NCBI GenBank assembly: GCA_009859145.1
Contig: VRVR01000040.1
Location: 210,770 to 274,769, forward strand
DNA: 64,000 nucleotides
DNA from: Andalucia godoyi And28
Taxonomy: Eukaryota > Protista > Jakobida
Direction: 5' to 3'
In this document: positions 63,279 through 64,000 of the stretch, in pieces
Layout of the letters: every line of letters starts with the position of its first letter
Numbering within the stretch: position 1 is the first letter of the stretch
Translations under genes and position numbers: made by a program
Notes under the pieces: model-generated
Seen by the model: the letters and a program-made list of their open reading frames with translations, nothing else
What the model was told of the DNA's origin: nothing
The model's database searches: none

Positions 63279-64000
63279 TGATGCACAAGCCAATCCATGC
63301 CTCTCCACCGAACGAGGGCCCTCTGTTATACCCATTGCATCATGGAACAGACGCGCGTATACCATTAAATATTTCCCAAAGCTTCTTGGACAAGCGAGAG
63401 TCCCAGTGTCGATCGTCGATCGCTAGCCCGCTAGACTGCGGCCGGTCGGTTTAGTGTAAAAAAGCCCTTCCGATGCATTCTCCATCTCCCGAAGAATGCG
63501 GAGCGGTATCGACAGACGATCGAGCATGTGCTTTCGAAGAGCGTGGATCTCACTGGCGCCTGTGCGTTGCTTGGGATGTCCGCCAGGAGGTTGGTGTGCG
63601 GAGATTTGAAGCACATGAACACGGCTCCTTCTTCCGTGCGCTGCGCGATGCCGAGTTGGTACACCCCCAGAGGTTCGGATCATGTCGACCACCCGGTGCA
63701 GCGTCGGGGAGGGAAAACGCGCTCTTGCGGTTTCTTGGCGTACCGATTCCTTGGCAAGCCACAGTGCGCCCACTTTCCCCGGGCTGTATCGCAGGTTTTG
63801 CTGACGAGGGTAGGACCCGCTCCAGAAAGGGCTTGATTCCCTTGAGTTCTGCGATACCGACAGCTCAGGCCCACCTGAAGGGTGATGTTTTTCTCCACCA
63901 GATTCTGCATCCTCTGCACATGAGCAGTGCAACGGGGGAGCCTTGAGTCGAGGGATACCGCTGGGTCCTCCTCCAGTCGACGGTAGCTTCTCTCTTTCTC

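Overview
This is gene-dense, intron-poor eukaryotic nuclear DNA from a free-living, flagellated, mitochondriate protist. It carries meckelin/TMEM67, an i-AAA protease, a PPR protein and SCAR/WAVE; the exact taxon cannot be fixed from the sequence. About 27 protein-coding genes are separated by short AT-rich or microsatellite spacers, and I corrected many starts relative to the ORF track. Two GT-AG introns are supported by restored protein motifs, and one dispersed 5S rRNA gene is present. Main highlights: (1) A decayed Fanzor2 (IS607-TnpB-like RNA-guided nuclease) relic lies on the minus strand at ~42110-43435. It keeps an omegaRNA-like structured 3' end and is split by an inserted antisense 40-aa gene. 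(2) A ~330-400 bp dispersed repeat occurs in three copies. One abuts the Fanzor right end at a GG dinucleotide, and the others sit just upstream of an F-box gene and an atypical SNF2 helicase. (3) A peroxiredoxin-like gene has an in-frame UGA in a UxxC motif (a selenoprotein missed by the ORF track) and a non-canonical SECIS candidate. (4) Other points are a 1692-aa membrane-anchored protein with repeated beta-rich modules, an unexplained structured element just upstream of 5S, and several bacterial-type genes.
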